From an uncultured Gemmatimonadaceae bacterium (GTDB lineage Bacteria > Gemmatimonadota > Gemmatimonadetes > Gemmatimonadales > Gemmatimonadaceae): a stretch of 64,000 nt of DNA. The stretch covers positions 640,001 through 704,000 of the forward strand of contig CAWBOC010000009.1 of NCBI GenBank assembly GCA_963790305.1. Direction: 5' to 3'. Positions 9,989-20,232 of the stretch are shown here, piece by piece. The notes under the pieces were generated by a model. It was not told the DNA's origin, ran no database searches, and saw only the letters and a list, made by a program, of their open reading frames with translations. Position 1 is the stretch's first letter; each line of letters begins with the position of its first letter. A program made the translations under genes and the position numbers.

Positions 9989-11371
9989 ATGTCGACGATC
10001 CTGATCATCGACGACGAGCCGAACATCCGGCGCATGGTCGGGGCCCTGCTGTCGGCGGAAGGATTCACCGTTCGCGAAGCCGCCAATGGTGCTGCCGGTG
10101 CCGCCACGGCCATCGAGGACGAGCCGGACGCCATCCTTCTCGACCTCATGATGCCTGGCGAGATCGATGGAATGGGGACGCTCACGCGCCTGCGCGACAA
10201 GGTCCCGGACGTCCCGGTGGTCATGATGAGCGGCCGCGCCGGCCTGAGCGATGCCGTGCGCGCTACCAAGCTCGGTGCGTTCCATTTTCTCGAGAAGCCG
10301 CTCACGCCCGAGGGTGTGCTGCTGGCGCTGCGCTCCGCGCTCGAGCTGCGACGCGTGCGTCGTGAGGCACGGGCGCTCCGCGAGGACCTTGGCATTCCCG
10401 GGCGCATGGTGGGTGACAGCCCCGGCATGCGACAGGTCCGGGAGCTGATCCAGCGCGTGGCGCCGACCGATGCGCGCGTGCTGATCATCGGCGAGTCGGG
10501 AACGGGCAAGGAGCTGGTGGCGGCAGCGATTCACGGTGGCAGCGCTCGACGCGACAAGGCATTCGTGCGCGTCAATTCCGCGGCCATTCCGCGGGATCTC
10601 GTGGAGAGCGAGATGTTCGGGCACGAGCGCGGCGCATTCACCGGCGCCACGGATCGCCGGATTGGGCGATTCGAGCTTGCTCACGAGGGAACGCTGTTCC
10701 TCGATGAAGTGGGCGACCTGGGCGCCGAGGCGCAGGCGAAGCTGTTGCGCGCGATCGAGGCGAAGGAGATCGAGCGTGTCGGAGGCGGAAAGCCCATCGC
10801 CGTCGACGTGCGCATTCTCGCGGCGACGAATCACGACCTGGAGCGCGCGGTGGCTGACGGACGATTTCGTGAAGACCTGTTCTTTCGGCTGAACGTGATC
10901 CCAATGCAGATTCCGCCGCTGCGCGAACGTCCCGACGACATCCCACAGCTCGTCAGGCATTTCTCGGCGCTCTATCGCACGCGGAGTGGGCGGTTGGCGC
11001 CCACGTGGAGTGAGGGAGCGCTCGAATTGTTCGTGCGGTATCGGTGGCCGGGTAACGTTCGAGAGCTGGCGAACATCGTCGAGCGTCTGGCGATTCTTCA
11101 CGCGGGACTGGAAGTGCTTCCGGAGCACGTGCGCGCGGTGCTGCCGGTGGATGGTGCAGTCACGTCGGCCCCGAAGGGGCCATTGCCGGACGCATCCGCG
11201 CTCGAGCGTCCGCTCAGTGACATGCTCAATGAGTACGAGAGGACGCTCATCACGCGCGCGCTGTCCGTTGCTGGCGGCAACGTCGCGGAAGCGGCGCGGC
11301 GTCTCAAGACGGACCGACCGAATCTTTACCGACGCATGCGACGACTGAACATCGGCTGGGGAGGCGGGTAA
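9989..11371 (+). CDS. Sigma-54-dependent response regulator (NtrC/NtrX family)
   Basis: Receiver domain (IIDDE, LLDLMMP); [14 protein letters not shown] and WPGNVRE motifs; C-terminal Fis HTH. Confidence 0.95.
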   Translation: MSTILIIDDEPNIRRMVGALLSAEGFTVREAANGAAGAATAIEDEPDAILLDLMMPGEIDGMGTLTRLRDKVPDVPVVMMSGRAGLSDAVRATKLGAFHFLEKPLTPEGVLLALRSALELRRVRREARALREDLGIPGRMVGDSPGMRQVRELIQRVAPTDARVLIIGESGTGKELVAAAIHGGSARRDKAFVRVNSAAIPRDLVESEMFGHERGAFTGATDRRIGRFELAHEGTLFLDEVGDLGAEAQAKLLRAIEAKEIERVGGGKPIAVDVRILAATNHDLERAVADGRFREDLFFRLNVIPMQIPPLRERPDDIPQLVRHFSALYRTRSGRLAPTWSEGALELFVRYRWPGNVRELANIVERLAILHAGLEVLPEHVRAVLPVDGAVTSAPKGPLPDASALERPLSDMLNEYERTLITRALSVAGGNVAEAARRLKTDRPNLYRRMRRLNIGWGGG

Positions 11372-11445
11372 GGTTGCTCAGCCACAGGGGAGTCGCCCTC
11401 GCCGGAAGCTGCCTGTCTCCTCGACCGCTCATTCGCGGAGCCGAC

Positions 11446-13194
11446 ATGCGCCCACTCGCACTGGTTGCACTCGTCAGTCTGCTGGCAATGCATGCTCACG
11501 CGCAGGCGCCCGATTCCGCGCAGGTGGCGCGGGCGCGCACGCCCACTGGTCTGGATATGGAGGTCGCGCAGGACATCGCCGCGCTTTACAACCAGCCGGC
11601 CGCGATGCGTGTGAGCGGCCGGCTCGACATCGCGGCGGCGCAGACGGTGAACGGAAACGTCGCCGTGCTGCGCGGGCCGGTGAGCATCGGCGGGCGCGTC
11701 ACCGGAAACGTCATCGTCATCAACGGCGATCTCACACTGACGCCGGGCGCCCGCATCGACGGCGCGGTGTTCGTCGTCGGCGGCTACTTCGAGGGACGAG
11801 AACGGGCCACGATCGGCGGACCCATCAGACATTATCGCGAGCCGCTCCGTTTCCGCGAGGAAGACGAGAGGATCATCGCAGAAACCGATCAAACGGTCTT
11901 CGACGAAGACGAGAGCTGGGTGACGCGCTGGCGCCGGCGTCGACGTGACTCGGACAGCAAGCTCAGCCTGATGACGGGGGGCTCGTACAATCGCGTCGAG
12001 GGTCTCGCCGTGCACGGAGGCCCGAGCGTTCGCCGGACGACGTCGTGGGGTGACGTGCGCGTCAATGCGTACGGCATCCTGCGCACGGTCGATCACTGGG
12101 AGTGGACCTCCCGGAACGTGGGCCACGATGTCACGGCGCAGGTCGGCCTGGGCCGCCCCGGCACGGTCGCCATCGGAGCGCGGGCGTTCGACATCGTTTC
12201 GCCGGTCGAGGCATGGCAGCTTCGCGACGCCGAGGTCGGGCTCGCAGCGTTCTTTCTGCACCGGGACTATCGCGACTACTGGGCGAGACATGGGGGAAGC
12301 GCCTATCTCGTCCTGCGCGGGGGCGAGGCGTTCTCGTTCACCCCGGCGTACTCCGAGGAGCGGTGGAGCGCGCTTCCCGAGCGCGATCCGTTCACGCTGT
12401 TCCGCGGCGGCCAGCAGTGGCGTCCCAACCCCGTGACCGATGAGGGGCGCTTCCGCCTGACGAGCGCGCGCGTCGCCTACGACACGCGAACCGACGTGGA
12501 TGATCCGTCATCGGGGTGGCACGTCGTTGCCGACGTGGAGCATGGGCGGAGCGCCGCAGTGCGTCTCGCACCGATACCGGTCGAGGTTCGCCCACCCGCG
12601 AGCGAGCCTGTCGGCGTCGAATACACGCGGCTGTTCCTCAATGCGCGGCGCTACAACCGCGTCTCGCCGGATGGGCAACTCAACCTTCGCCTCGTCGCGG
12701 GCGGCTGGCTCAATGGGGATGAGCTTCCCATCCAGCGCCGGTTCGCGTTAGGTGGCGCCGGGTCACTTCCCGGGTACGATTTCCGGCGGCCCCCCGGACG
12801 GGACGTCCTGCTCTGCGGTGGTGTCGACGTCCCCGGCCGACCCGGCCTGTGCGAGCGGATGATCGCGGCGCAGATCGAGTATCGAGGCACACTCGCTTTC
12901 CGCTTCAGCAGCGAAGGGGGATTTGACGAGGAGGAAGACAAGCGCTGGTGGCGGCTCGACTACAGCCGCAAGGGCGAATGGGTGGTGTTCTTCAATGCCG
13001 GGCGTGGCTGGCTGGTCGGGCCGCGCACCGGCGAGCTGCAGTACGGGCGCGGATCGCTTCCGGCGCTCTCGACGTTCCGCACCGACGTGGGTGCGGGCCT
13101 CGACTTCGACTTGATCGGATTCTTCGTGGCGAAATCGGTGTCCGATTCGAAGATCCCCGCGAACTTCTTCGTTCGCCTGCGCCACCGCTTCTAG
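11446..13194 (+). CDS. Outer-membrane Omp85/BamA-TamA-like barrel protein with N-terminal beta-helical (bactofilin-like) repeats
   Basis: Signal peptide; VNGNVAVLRG/VTGNVIVING/IDGAVFVVGG repeats; LGGAGSLPGY (VRGY-like); ends in F. Confidence 0.65.
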   Translation: MRPLALVALVSLLAMHAHAQAPDSAQVARARTPTGLDMEVAQDIAALYNQPAAMRVSGRLDIAAAQTVNGNVAVLRGPVSIGGRVTGNVIVINGDLTLTPGARIDGAVFVVGGYFEGRERATIGGPIRHYREPLRFREEDERIIAETDQTVFDEDESWVTRWRRRRRDSDSKLSLMTGGSYNRVEGLAVHGGPSVRRTTSWGDVRVNAYGILRTVDHWEWTSRNVGHDVTAQVGLGRPGTVAIGARAFDIVSPVEAWQLRDAEVGLAAFFLHRDYRDYWARHGGSAYLVLRGGEAFSFTPAYSEERWSALPERDPFTLFRGGQQWRPNPVTDEGRFRLTSARVAYDTRTDVDDPSSGWHVVADVEHGRSAAVRLAPIPVEVRPPASEPVGVEYTRLFLNARRYNRVSPDGQLNLRLVAGGWLNGDELPIQRRFALGGAGSLPGYDFRRPPGRDVLLCGGVDVPGRPGLCERMIAAQIEYRGTLAFRFSSEGGFDEEEDKRWWRLDYSRKGEWVVFFNAGRGWLVGPRTGELQYGRGSLPALSTFRTDVGAGLDFDLIGFFVAKSVSDSKIPANFFVRLRHRF

Positions 13195-13197
13195 CGC

Positions 13198-13848
13198 GTG
13201 CGATCGCTCGTCACCTTCGGCCTCCTGCTGCTGTCCACCGCGGCGCCAGTCATGGCGCAGCGGTCGACGGGCGTGCGCATCGAGCTGCCGGCGCCCGCGA
13301 TGCGAAGCGAAGAAGGCCCAATCGTAAAGGCGCAACGCGTGCTCTCCGATTCGCGCCTTCGCGACTTGCTGCGCAACGGCTTCCCGGCACGGCTGCACTG
13401 GAAAGTGGAGGTGTGGTCGACCCGCGGCTGGTTCGACGACCTCAAGGGCACTGTCGAGTGGGACATCATCGTCCGCTACGAGCCGCTCGGGCGCCGCTAC
13501 GAAATCGTGCACATCGACGCCAATGGCAATCCCACGCCCCTCGGTCGCACCGAGAACTTCGCGAACGTCGAAGCGGTCATCGAGCGCCCGCAAGAGGCGC
13601 CGATTCTGCCGCCGCGGCGCCGGGATCGTGTGTACTACAACGTCGCGCTCGACGTGGAGATGCTGTCGGTGAGTGATCTCGATGAGGTGGAGAGGTGGCT
13701 ACGGGGGGAGCTTCGGCCTGCAGTCAGGGGGCAGAGGAACCCCGGGACTGCGGTGACTCGGGGAGTTCGCACGGTCGTGGCCAAGTTGTTAGGCGCGGAG
13801 AAGAGACACTACGAGGAGCGATCGGTGCGGTTCGACGTTGCTCCCTGA
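13198..13848 (+). CDS. Exported hypothetical protein (DUF4390-like)
   Basis: Signal peptide; LRNGFPARLHWKVEVW..RGWFD and YEPLGRRY resemble DUF4390. Confidence 0.55.
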   Translation: MRSLVTFGLLLLSTAAPVMAQRSTGVRIELPAPAMRSEEGPIVKAQRVLSDSRLRDLLRNGFPARLHWKVEVWSTRGWFDDLKGTVEWDIIVRYEPLGRRYEIVHIDANGNPTPLGRTENFANVEAVIERPQEAPILPPRRRDRVYYNVALDVEMLSVSDLDEVERWLRGELRPAVRGQRNPGTAVTRGVRTVVAKLLGAEKRHYEERSVRFDVAP

Positions 13849-13856
13849 AACGCCAC

Positions 13857-13974
13857 AACGGCAAAGATGTCAGATGTCGGAATACAGATTTCAGACTTCA
13901 GACGGCGCGGATCCTGGGCCCGCGAATTCTGAACTTCTGAAATCTGTATTCTGACATCTGACATCTTCGCCGTT
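13857..13974. repeat. Long imperfect palindrome of CAGAnnT heptamers between convergent genes
   Basis: Arms about 13857-13902 and 13928-13974 (agatgtcagatgtc / gacatctgacatct). Confidence 0.85.
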
Positions 13975-13977
13975 CGT

Positions 13978-14643
13978 TCAATACCCCGGCACCACGGGCG
14001 CCACGCGATGCCGACTGCCCTTGTGCTCGAGCAGCTCGAGCTGGTGCAGCACCGCCGATCCGTAGAAGAGCTTGATGTAGTGGGCCTGCGTCGGAGTCAG
14101 ACGGCGCACTGCCCAGCTCAGGTGCACGAAGTGGGGCTCCACCGGGGCCGTGAGCGGGTGCATCCCGATCTCTTCGGCCATGTGGTTTCCCTTCCGCGTG
14201 TTGCAAGGCGAGCAGGCCGTCACGACGTTCGCCCACTCGTTGGTGCCGCCACGCGACAGCGGAATGAGGTGGTCGCGCGTGAGCGACTCCCGAGGCTTGA
14301 GCTCGGGGATGCCGCGTCCGCAGTATTGGCACCGGTAGTGGTCGCGCGCGAACAGGAACGTGTTGGTCACCTGACGACGGAACCGGCGCGGAACATGGAT
14401 GAACCGCGTCAGCCGGATCACAGCCGGCCGTGGCATCGCAAGCCGCTCGGATCGTACGACACGATCCGCGTCAGCCTCGACGATTTCCGCCTTGCCATCG
14501 AGAACGAGCCGCAGGGCCCGACGCATGGGAACCATGGTCAGAGGCTCGAACGAGGCGTTAAGGGCCAAACATCCCTGAATCACGCCAACCTCCGCTGGCG
14601 CATACGGAAACTCCCGCCACCGTGTCCGGGGCGGGAGTGACAC
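13978..14643 (-). CDS. HNH endonuclease (McrA-like); true start may be near 14583
   Basis: LALNASFEPL, RDHYRCQYCG, TRDHLIPLSRGG and WANVVTACSPCNTRKG. Confidence 0.9.
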   Translation of the reverse strand: MSLPPRTRWREFPYAPAEVGVIQGCLALNASFEPLTMVPMRRALRLVLDGKAEIVEADADRVVRSERLAMPRPAVIRLTRFIHVPRRFRRQVTNTFLFARDHYRCQYCGRGIPELKPRESLTRDHLIPLSRGGTNEWANVVTACSPCNTRKGNHMAEEIGMHPLTAPVEPHFVHLSWAVRRLTPTQAHYIKLFYGSAVLHQLELLEHKGSRHRVAPVVPGY

Positions 14644-14740
14644 GACGACACGCGCGACGTCGCGCCTCTCAGCGCCGGACGACGATCGGCGCCGATACTC
14701 CCTATTACACTGACGAAGCGGAAATCGTGCCGCAACCCCC

Positions 14741-15694
14741 TCACCGACCGGCGGCTACCGCTTCTGGTACCATCGTCAACCACCCATATGGATCGGGTTT
14801 TCGCCCCATGGCGATACCGAGGAACTCGTCCTGGATCGCACGGCAGACCGGACCCGGCCGCCCGGTTCCGATGGGAATGCGGTCGACCGACTTGATAGGC
14901 GTGATCTCGGCGGCCGTGCCGGTAAAAAACGCCTCATCCGAGATGTAGATCATCTCGCGTGGCACCAGCTGCTCGCGCACCTCAATGCCGAGATCGCGCG
15001 CGATGCGAATCACCGAATCGCGCGTAATGCCCTGGAGAATGCCTGACGCGAGCGGCGACGTGATCAACACCCCATCTCGCACGAGAAAGAAGTTCTCGCC
15101 GCTTCCCTCGGAAACGAAGCCGAAGGCGTCGAGCATGATCCCTTCGACGTAGTGGTCGAGGCGCGCCTCCGTCTTCGAGAGCTGCGAGATGAGATAGTTC
15201 CCACCCGCCTTGGCGAGGGTTGGTAGCGTATCGGGCGCTGGCCGACGCCAGCTGGAGACGCACGCATCGACTCCCGCCGTGAGCGCATCCTCGCCGAGGT
15301 AGCGACCCCACATCCAGGCGATGATGAACGTCTCGATCGGCACACCGACGGGATACACGCCCATGTGCTCACCGGTGCGCGCGACGAGGGGACGCAGGTA
15401 GCAATGCCGGACCTCGTTCGCCGCCACCGTATCGACGCACGCCTGAACCAGCGTCTCGGCGGAATGCGGGATGTCCATGCGGTAGATCTTGCACGAATCG
15501 ACGAGACGCCGGATGTGATCGGGGAGGCGAAAGATCGCGGGCCCGTTCGGCGTCTCATAGCACCGTATGCCCTCGAACACGCTGGAGCCGTAGTGGACGA
15601 CGTGACTCATCACGTGGATGGTCGCGTCCTCCCAGTTCACCATCCGGCCATCGCGCCAGATCCTGCTGGTGGGTCCGTTCGTACGATCCGCCAT
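14741..15694 (-). CDS. ilvE: Branched-chain amino acid aminotransferase
   Basis: HYGSSVFEGIRCY, AKAGGNY, EGSGEN, ILQGITR and FTGTAAEITP. Confidence 0.95.
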   Translation of the reverse strand: MADRTNGPTSRIWRDGRMVNWEDATIHVMSHVVHYGSSVFEGIRCYETPNGPAIFRLPDHIRRLVDSCKIYRMDIPHSAETLVQACVDTVAANEVRHCYLRPLVARTGEHMGVYPVGVPIETFIIAWMWGRYLGEDALTAGVDACVSSWRRPAPDTLPTLAKAGGNYLISQLSKTEARLDHYVEGIMLDAFGFVSEGSGENFFLVRDGVLITSPLASGILQGITRDSVIRIARDLGIEVREQLVPREMIYISDEAFFTGTAAEITPIKSVDRIPIGTGRPGPVCRAIQDEFLGIAMGRKPDPYGWLTMVPEAVAAGR

Positions 15695-15731
15695 GGCAGT
15701 CCTTGTCGGTGAGGGATTGACGTGCCTGAAT

Positions 15732-17084
15732 CTAGCCGCTCGTGCGATTCGGCGAAACAGCGGATGCACGAAGCGCCTCGGCCGTCGCGCGCACGCGCGC
15801 AACGAGTGCGTCATCCGCGCCGAGCAGCAGCCCGTCGACGACCCGAAGCACTCCGGCCACCGCGACGGTGCTCGCACGCGCGCCGCCGAGCGCGAACACG
15901 GCGGTGGCGACGGGATCCGAGTCCGGCACGGCGGCCATTTCATCGAGGGGAAAGGCAGCGAAGTCCGCCGCCTTCCCCACCTCGAGCGATCCAGTCTCGC
16001 CGTCGAGCCCAAGGCAGCGCGCTCCGCCGATGGTGGCAAGCTCGAGTGCACGCAATGCCGGGAGTGCGGGCCGTCCGGGATTGCGCGCGCGATGCGCGAG
16101 AATCGCGAGCCGAGCCTCCTCGAGGAGGTGCATGCGGTTGTTGCTGGCCATGGAATCGGAGCCGAGCCCGACGGTGATCCCCTGCTCCAGCCACTCGTTG
16201 AGCGGTGCAATGCCATGTCCCAGCTTCGCGTTCGACGCGGGACAATGGGCGATCGCGCATCGGGCATGCGCGATGGCACGAATGTCGGCCTCACGAGCGC
16301 GAATGCAGTGTATGAGAAGGGGGCGCCTGCCGAGTACGCCGAGCCGCGCCAGCAGGGCCACCGGCGTCTCGGCGCGGGGGACGACACTCAGTCCGCGCGA
16401 GCAATGCCCATCGGCGAAAGGGCCGGCGGCGTCGCGAACGTATTTGTCTTCGTCCTCGCTTTCGGCAATGTGCACCGCCATCGGCAGCTCCATCTCGGCG
16501 GCAAGCTCGGTCACCGCTTCGAAGAGGCGGTCGGAGACCGTATACGGCGCATGGGGCGAGACGCCGGCGCGAACGAGTGATGACTCCGTCTCGCGATGGC
16601 GCGCGAGCTTCGCCCGGACCGACGCAATGGCGTCGTCGCAGGAGGCGGGATCGGGGCCGAACACTTCCTGGTACATGATGCCGCGCACGCCCATCTCGCG
16701 CATCGCTTCGAGCGCCACGCCTGAATCACAGGTATCCGCGTACGTGGTGATTCCGGCGAGCAGCCCCTCGGCGATGCCAAGCTTCGCCGAATCGAGCATC
16801 GAGTCGGGCGTGAGGACCGTCGTCTTTGCGCGCTGCAGCCGTACGATCCACTCGAAGAAGGGAAGATCCTCGAGGAAGCCGCGCATGGCGGTGAGCTCGA
16901 GGTGGGTGTGCGTGTTGACGAGGCCGGGCAGGAGGAGCGCCGCGCCAAGGTCGTGGACTTCACCGTCCGGCGCTCGCAATGCAGGGCCGACGTAGGTGAT
17001 GCGGCCGTCCTGCACTGCGAGAGCGCCATCGCGCACGGGCGGAGTGGTGACGGGCACCACCCAGCGTGCGCGGTAGACGTGCAT
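15732..17084 (-). CDS. Amidohydrolase family protein (MTA/SAH deaminase-like)
   Basis: PGLVNTHTHLE, SPHAPY, HIAES, HCPASN, LGSDS and GSLEVGKAAD. Confidence 0.88.
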   Translation of the reverse strand: MHVYRARWVVPVTTPPVRDGALAVQDGRITYVGPALRAPDGEVHDLGAALLLPGLVNTHTHLELTAMRGFLEDLPFFEWIVRLQRAKTTVLTPDSMLDSAKLGIAEGLLAGITTYADTCDSGVALEAMREMGVRGIMYQEVFGPDPASCDDAIASVRAKLARHRETESSLVRAGVSPHAPYTVSDRLFEAVTELAAEMELPMAVHIAESEDEDKYVRDAAGPFADGHCSRGLSVVPRAETPVALLARLGVLGRRPLLIHCIRAREADIRAIAHARCAIAHCPASNAKLGHGIAPLNEWLEQGITVGLGSDSMASNNRMHLLEEARLAILAHRARNPGRPALPALRALELATIGGARCLGLDGETGSLEVGKAADFAAFPLDEMAAVPDSDPVATAVFALGGARASTVAVAGVLRVVDGLLLGADDALVARVRATAEALRASAVSPNRTSG

Positions 17085-17842
17085 CAGCGGGCTGCGGGAG
17101 TGCGCCGACCGTGCACGAGGGGATCGTACAGGTCTTCGTCCCGAACGCCCGCGGCGCGGGCCATCGCCAGCGGAGCGGCGATGTCGCCGACCTGCTTCGC
17201 GGTGTGCCCGTCCGAGCCTAACGACATGCGCAGACCGGCGGCGACAGCGCGCCTGACGAGCCGATCGTGCGGTGGATAGCGGGTCGACAGCTCGAACGCG
17301 ATGCCCGCGCGGCGCAATGCCTCCACGAGCCGCTCCTCGTGCGCTTCGCTCCACAGCTCCTCGGCGGACAGCTTGCGCAGCGACATCGGCACCAGAGTCG
17401 GATGGGCGAGAATGTCCACCGGCATCTCGAGGGCGAAGCGCTCGGCGTTCTCGACGTGGATGTCCATGTACGCCGCGGGAGTGAGGCCGGCAGGCATCGA
17501 GCGAAAGGCGTGGACGACCTGATCGGTTCCCGGAAGGAAGACGGCGTGCAGCGAGCCGATGAGGTGCGTGAAGCGTCGATCGACCTCGGGGGGAAGCACG
17601 CGCCACAGCGAATCGTGCCAGCAGAATTCCCCGCCCCGGGCGACGTCGTGCTCCTCGAGCTCCTCGAGGTAATCGGTCACCTCACTCACGTCTTTCAGCG
17701 CGTACGCGACATCGCCTGACAGGTGATCCGCCACGCTCGGGCGGACGCCACGAGCGCGGACGCGCTCCACCAGCTCGGCGACGGTGAGCGTTCCGTCGGA
17801 AAAGGTCGTATGTGCGTGGCAGTCACGAGGCAGCCAGCTCAT
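17084..17842 (-). CDS. PHP-domain phosphoesterase (histidinol-phosphatase-like)
   Basis: DCHAHTTFSDG, ADH, IGSLH, ILAHP and GSDGH. Confidence 0.82.
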   Translation of the reverse strand: MSWLPRDCHAHTTFSDGTLTVAELVERVRARGVRPSVADHLSGDVAYALKDVSEVTDYLEELEEHDVARGGEFCWHDSLWRVLPPEVDRRFTHLIGSLHAVFLPGTDQVVHAFRSMPAGLTPAAYMDIHVENAERFALEMPVDILAHPTLVPMSLRKLSAEELWSEAHEERLVEALRRAGIAFELSTRYPPHDRLVRRAVAAGLRMSLGSDGHTAKQVGDIAAPLAMARAAGVRDEDLYDPLVHGRRTPAAR

Positions 17843-17852
17843 GACGTCGAGA

Positions 17853-20149
17853 TCACTCCGGCAGCTTGAAGGGATCCTGGATACGGGTGGTGTCGCGAGG
17901 GCGGAGGCGCCCGGTGTCGCTCGGACGTGCGGGCTGCGGCATCGGGACCGCACCCGGCGTCACCCGTCCTTCCATACCGGGTGCGGCTGGATTGGGATTG
18001 ACCGGAACCAGCGCGCCGGTGCTGTCCGTCTGGAACATCGTGAACGGTGAATGCACGTCGCACTCCCGCATCGGCTCGGTGCCGGGGATGAAGAACTCCG
18101 TGCTCACGACCTCCCGCGGACAGAAGGGATTCTGCAGCAGCCCCGTGGAACGATCGACCTCACGAACGATGAGCCCTTCCGGGCGCGGCCAGTCGGGCGG
18201 CGCCGGCTTCGTCTGATAGACCTCGGTCATGAACGCCGTCCACGCCGGCGCGGCGAGCAGACCGCCCTGCGCGTTCGACTTGATCTTCTGCGGGCTTGTC
18301 GAAGCCCCATCCAGACGCCGGCGACGAGATCGGCGGTGTAGCCGATGTACCAGACGTCGGTGCCGTCGTTCGTCGTGCCGGTCTTGCCGGCCGCACGGGA
18401 CGCGGAAGCCCGATCCCCAGACGGCGCTGTACGCCGTGCCGCGACGGACGACGTCCCTCATCATGTCCATCATCAGCCACGCTTCCTCCGCGCGACAGCA
18501 CTTCCGTGCGCGTCGGCGTCGGGCTCCCAGAGCACATCGCCACGCGCGTTCTCGACGCGCAGGATCGCGTTCGGCTGCGCCCGCACGCCTAGCTTCGCGA
18601 AGGCGCTGTACGCGGCGACCATCTCGAGCGGATAGACGACGGCGGCGCCGAGGTGGATCGACGGATAGGGCGGAATCGGCGTCGTGAGGCCGAAGCCGCG
18701 CGCCATGTCGATCACCGTGCCCTCGCCGAGCTCCATGCCGAGCGCGACCGTCGCGAGGTTGCGCGACATGTACAGCGCGCGGCGCATCGGCATCGGTCCC
18801 TCGAAGCGGCCGTCGTAGTTCTGCGGGGTCCAGTCTTCGCCGCCGATCTGCGGCACCATGATCGGCGATCGTCCTGCACGATGTACGACGGCGGGCGCCC
18901 ATTGCGGACCGCCGCGGCGTACACGATCGGCTTGAACGTCGAGCCCGGCTGCCGAAGCGCCTGCGTGGCGCGATTGAACTTCGAGTCATCGAAGTCGCGG
19001 CCGCCGATCATCGCGCGGACGGCGCCGTTGCGCGGATCCATCGCGATGAACGCGCCCTGGAGATACGGCGAATTCGCTGCCTCGCCATTCTCGTTCGTTG
19101 CAGCCTGCGCGAGATACTTCTCGTACGTCATGTGCCGGTAGCGCGCCGTACTTGCCGCTCTCCACCGCCTTGAGCTGCCGCTCCAGCGCGCGCTCGGCGG
19201 CGGACTGCATGTCGACGTCGAGCGTCGTGAAGACGCTGCAGTCCCTGCTCGTACAGCTTGCGAGCCGAACTGATCGTCGAGCTGACGCCGCACCCACTCG
19301 ACGAAATACGGCGCCATGTCTCCCGCTTCCTCGCGTCGCGCGAGCTGAAGCGGGAATGCCCGCGCGAGCGCTCGCGTCGGCCTGATTGACGATCCCTTCT
19401 CGGCGCATCAGCTCGACGACGGTGTTGCGTCGCTGGATCGCGCGCTCGGGATAGCGCCGGGGATTGTACCGCTCGGGCGCTTTCGGCAGCGCGGCGAGCG
19501 TCGCCGCCTCGGCCAGATTCAGGTCGCGAACGGACTTGCCGAAGTAGCGCTGCGAGGCGGTCTCGACGCCGTAGGCGCCGTTGCCGAGATAGATCTGGTT
19601 GAGATACAGCTCGAGGATCTTCGCCTTCGGGTATTTCGACTCGATCTGCCGCGCGACCTTGGCTTCCTTGAGCTTGCGCGTGAGCGTCTTCTCCCGGGAG
19701 ATGCGCTCGGGAAAGACGTTGCGGGCGAGCTGCATGGTGATCGTCGAGAATCCCTGCGCGTAGGAACCGCTCAGGACGTTGCGACCCGCCGCGCCGGCGA
19801 CGCGGACCCAGTCGATGCCGGCGTGGTCGTAGAAGCGCTTGTCCTCGGTGATGACGAAGGCATCACGCACGTGGTTCGGAATCTCGTTCAGCTTGACGAG
19901 CGTGCGCCGCTCGAGACCGATCTCGGCGATGAAGCGGCCGTCCGCGGCATAGAGCTTGGACGTCTGCTGCGGTGTCCACTCGTCGAGCACCTGAATGGAG
20001 GGGCACGCCCCGCCACGACAGATGAGCGCCCACGCCGCGTACGCGAGGCCGGCGACGAAGGCGAAGACAAAGGTGACGGAGAGGCCAGTGGCACGCGCGA
20101 GGCGGGGGCGCGAGCGCCAAAAGCGGCGCGAGAATGGCGAAGCGGCCAT
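17853..20149 (-). CDS. Class A penicillin-binding protein (PBP1A family), broken by multiple frameshifts that are probably sequencing errors
   Basis: Transglycosylase motifs [24 protein letters not shown] and RKLKE; transpeptidase motifs QPGSTFK, SRN and (G)KTGTT lie in different frames. Confidence 0.85.
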
Positions 20150-20232
20150 GGTGTCGAAGAAGCTACACTCGTGGTTAGGGCGCGGCAACGCGCGCTACTG
20201 ACGCGCGCGAACCGATTCTCTATCTTTCGGAA

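Noticed and set aside
13978..14643. HNH gene as a restriction-modification or retroelement component
   Set aside because: No methyltransferase, reverse transcriptase or intron context; it matches the common stand-alone McrA-like HNH type.
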